A stretch of DNA of 64,000 nucleotides, taken from the NCBI GenBank assembly GCA_973895155.1, contig OZ316897.1:21232260-21296259 (forward strand), read 5' to 3'. Below are positions 60,340 through 64,000 of the stretch, piece by piece. Each line of letters begins with the position of its first letter. The first letter of the stretch is position 1. A model generated the notes under the pieces. That model saw nothing but the letters and a program-made list of their open reading frames with translations. It was not told the DNA's origin and searched no databases. Made by a program: the position numbers and the translations under genes. The stretch comes from Marsupella aquatica. Its lineage: Eukaryota; Plantae; Marchantiophyta.

Positions 60340-62820
60340 TGTGAGATATTGCTCTAGTCTTGTGACTCATGAGCTAACCATAGTTAGTCTAACTCGGGTT
60401 AGGACTTAGCTAATGTTAGCGATAGTGCTGTTGTGAATATAGCCAGGGCTGATGCCAGACCCTGGTGGAACTTAGGCTCATTGTTATGGAGCTAGTTGAG
60501 AGATAGGGAGAGCTGTGCTGTGGATGCTTGGTATGGCCATTTGGTTTAGAGTGTAGTAAAGCTCTTGTGTGTTCTTGTGGACGTAGCCTCATGTGGAGGT
60601 GAACCACGTATCTCTCTGTGTCGACTCTTGTACGTTGGATGGTTCATGGGCTTGCAGTTGCAAATATTGTCTATGCTCAACAAGTGGTATCAGAGCATGC
60701 CTGGGAGGTGACGAGGTTTTTTTGTGACAGGTTTTTCCAGCGTTCATTGTCGGTGGCACATTTGGAGTTGTGTCGCATGAAACTTGAATGTGTGTGGCTG
60801 AGCGGATAGGTTAGTGAGAGGGTTTTCTAACGGTGGTTAGAACTCGCTAATTAGTATCCGTGGTGTGGAGGAATCAAAGTTTGCGTTGTTCAGGGTTTAT
60901 TCGTGTTTGACGGTATTTTTTGGGGGGAGAGACCAGAGATCTATTGTTTTTTCAACGGAGTGCGCTGTGCGGTGTTTGGGAGATTGCACATTATAGCTCA
61001 AGTTGAAGGTTGAAGCGAGCTGGTTGTTTCGGTAGCTAATTTGCTGCGGAGTTGTTACCGAGTGCGTCGTGATGAGAGAAGGGGGAGTTCAGGTTTTTTC
61101 ACAAGCTATGGAGCTTGTTCCCATCTGAACCGGGTTTCTCTTTGTAACATTCGACTCGGTGGAAGAAACGCGAAGTGCTACGGCTCAACGGTTTGATCGC
61201 GGCGAGGCGATCATTTTGAGCTCGGGATTGGCACTTGACGCGGAGTGAAGATGACGCGATGGAAGTCTTTTACTCTGTTGGATCTGCAGACTGCGCCGGT
61301 GCAATTTGGCAACATTTCCCATCGGCGGCGTTCACTTTACTTGTGAGAAACGACGATAATTTAGGTGACTGTGCAATTGTCCTTTTTCTTGCGGGGGAGT
61401 TTTTTTTGCCATTTTAGGGGGGTTTTAGGGGTTAAAACTGTGTGTATACACATGAGGTGTATACACACTTTGTGACGGCCCCGCTCCTCCCCCTGCGTAC
61501 TAATATTTCCCCCACCCCCCCGCACCCTATTTTTTAGGCCACCACGCAGCGTCGGCCGGCACGAAAGTTGTTGCCCGGCAGTTGCCCTCCCTTCGACCCT
61601 CGTCGCCCCCGCTTCATTTGGGCTGCCACTCGCGCGCCAGCGCGGCTTTGCCTTACGCCCTCGTTCGGACCCTCCCTTTGCAGCCATTGAAAGTCGGGGG
61701 GCTCCCTCTGGCTGGCCCCTGCTTGCACCCGTTGCCACCCTGCATCGCGACCGGGACCTCGCGCTCGCCACCCTTAGGCTACCGGCGCCTGGCTTCCACC
61801 TGCTCGCGCTCGCCTGCCTTGGGCTACCGGCGCCCCTGTACGCTCGCTCCTCCTCCCCGGCCCGGCCTACTATATACGCGGCTGCCCAGATACTCCTTTC
61901 GACATACGCCCCAACACGATACCTGTATTTTGGATTTAAGGGGCGTTTGCACCCCTTTAGTGCCCATTTTTAAGCCTTTTCTTCCTCTTTGCTTCTCCTT
62001 TGATGTCGGGACATGTCGCCCTCCGTTTTAACCGCTATGACAGGGGGAATGTACCCCTGTAAGACCTGTCGGACTGTGCAGGAATATTCTCAAAAAATAG
62101 AGAGCTATTTTTTGGCTGTTCGACAAAGATTCCGTCCGCTGAACGGTAACTTTTTTGGTTCTTTTTTGGTGAGGACGTAGCCATTGAAGTTGGCAACGCG
62201 GTGCACCAATCACATTGCAATTCCAATGACGGGTTGTACTTGGTAATTTGGTTATTCTCTGAGGTGGTCAAAACTGGGGAGTTTCCTAGGGTTTTACCCA
62301 TCCCGACCAAAATTTGTATAATTTTTCCTCGACTTTTGATTTTGATTTTGACTTTCAGTATTGGACTCCTACCTTCATGGGCTACGCAACGGTGTTGAGG
62401 TTTGAGTTTGATGAGAAGTTTCAAAAAAAGATGTTTTTTTGTGCTTGTTTCATATGAGTGACTCGGAGGATATTGGAAGAATTGACGTCGGTGGAGCTTC
62501 AGGATCGCGATGGTCAGATGGAGAGTCTGAGGAGGAGCTGCTACCGTTTGAGGAGGAACAAGTATCACCGGTACGATCACCGGTGCGGCGTGCAGTGGAG
62601 GAAGCTGTACTACTACGAGAGCTGTCGCTAGTTGGGAAGAAGAGGGAGATGGCTAGATTTGGAGGAGTGAAGTTTGAGGTGGAGAAGTACAATGGTTGTA
62701 CTGATTACTTGTTGTGGGAGAAGCAAGTGAAGGGTGTTCTTTGGGCCATGGGTTTAGCTCATCTGCTCTCTTTGCGAGAGCAGTATGATGGAGAAGAGGA
62801 GATCTCTGAGAAGCAGTGTG
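60340..62820 (+). mobile_element. Truncated, diverged Copia related to the 12143-17876 family (5' LTR ~60340-60682, PBS 60685-60696, gag start ~62454-62820)
   Basis: LTR 3' part is a diverged reverse complement of 12143-12350; TGGTATCAGAGC; SPVRRAVEEAVLL and KYNGCTDYLLWEKQVKGVL match the other copy's gag. Confidence 0.8.
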
Positions 62821-64000
62821 GGATGGCTCAGTGTCAGCTAGTGTAGAGAAACATGACATTCTTTCGTTTAGAAGAGGAAATAGTTAGGGAAAAAGTTTTA
62901 GTGCTATCAGAGTAGCTAGGTTTAGGGCACTTAAGTAAGAAGGGAAGCTTAGTAGAGGTAAGAGGGAATTTAGTTATGCAAAGTTATCTAGGGGTAAGCA
63001 AGTTACTATAGGAGGGGCAGGAAACTAGTCCGTCCTTAGTTATAATAGGCGACTAAGTCGGGACCGAAAAATGACCCGACACCGGACATCTTATTTTTGG
63101 CTGATATTTCTCCCATGGGTGCTGGGAGGTCCCTAGGGAACCCTGAAAAAGTATGAAGTCAAGTGGGGTCTTAACCTAGGAGTTATAAGTATTTTGGCAA
63201 AAATCAAAGTTACCAAATAGCGGGTCCCGGGAAAAATAGCTGATGGGTAAATGTAGGGGTTCCAAGTTTGGAAGTGGGTTAAGTATGGTCCCCTCTATCC
63301 CTAGAAACTTGTGGGACAACTTTGTCACACTTGGTTACTTTTTGGGAGCATCTCAAAGTTGAGAAGAATTTTGGAAGACATAAAGACTTGACCCTCTTTG
63401 CCTAATTTTAGAAAAGTTGTTATAGGGTTTTGTTTATATCTTAGTAAACCCGGACATAGTCCTATGTCCATAGAATCAGTGGAGCTACTCAGAAGTCCTT
63501 TTGGACTTATGTGTGAGTTTTGGAGGGGGGTCCAAAATCGCCCCAAAATGCTGTTTTTTCAAAAAAAAAAATGTATTTTTTTCTAAGTGTAAACCGCGTG
63601 GGCGACGATCACGCGGCGAGCACGAGGCAAGGAGGAGCGAGCACGAGGCAAGGAGGAGCAAGCACGAGGCTGGTGAGGACGTCAAGCACCGGGAGGCTGT
63701 CCAAAGGTGCTGCATGATTACTTGAGGAATCAATTGAGCACAAGGGCGGCTGAATTGAAGGAAGGGCGGCTGAATTGAAATGGCTGCTGCTGATTGAAGA
63801 AGCAAGGGCTGTTGCTGATTGAAGAAGCTATGGCTGCTGAGAAGGAAAAGAGCTATGGCTGCAAATTAGGATCGCTGCTGGCTTTGAATTGGGAAGGCTG
63901 CTTGCTGCTATGACAGCTGCACACTAGATTAGAGGTGCTCCTACTAATCAGGCACGAGATGCTCATGAGAATTGGCTGGCTGCTGCCTTGATGCTGCTGA
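62820..64000. repeat. Unclassified repeat that replaces the Copia gag and runs out of the window; contains a 21-bp tandem (GCGAGCACGAGGCAAGGAGGA x~2.5) at 63616-63670
   Basis: Abrupt loss of gag homology after EKQ; local short tandem repeats; no long ORF. Confidence 0.35.

Overview
Eukaryotic land-plant DNA; a non-seed plant such as a bryophyte is my inference from the TE lineages and is not proven. Only three host genes are supportable, all on the minus strand: (i) a two-exon secreted S-protein-homologue (SPH/PrsS)-like gene at 2763-1780 that the ORF track splits; (ii) a second SPH-like gene at 44301-43720; (iii) an intronless ABCG half-transporter at 51879-49633. The SPH-like genes sit in a tandemly duplicated segment that has been split by a ~35.6-kb nested TE cluster. 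From outside in, the cluster is: a putative Helitron (5864-41510); a 5'-truncated L1-type LINE; Ty3/Gypsy element A (7759-37816, TSD TCTAC); and, inside A, a Copia element (12143-17876, TSD GGATC) in pol plus Gypsy element B (21527-33869) in the 5' LTR. The most striking observation is that both Gypsy families have very long LTRs (A ~4.65 kb reconstructed, B ~4.0 kb). Each LTR is mostly filled by one sense-strand gene (~1120 and ~880 codons, each broken by one in-frame TAG). The two LTR proteins are homologous and consist of a conserved N-terminal block, a PMD/Transposase_32-like domain, NLS-like basic patches and a long coiled coil. To the right lie a young Bianca-type Copia with an in-frame INT-RT deletion (55703-58913) and a truncated Copia (60340-~62820). 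All alignments and difference counts were done by eye.
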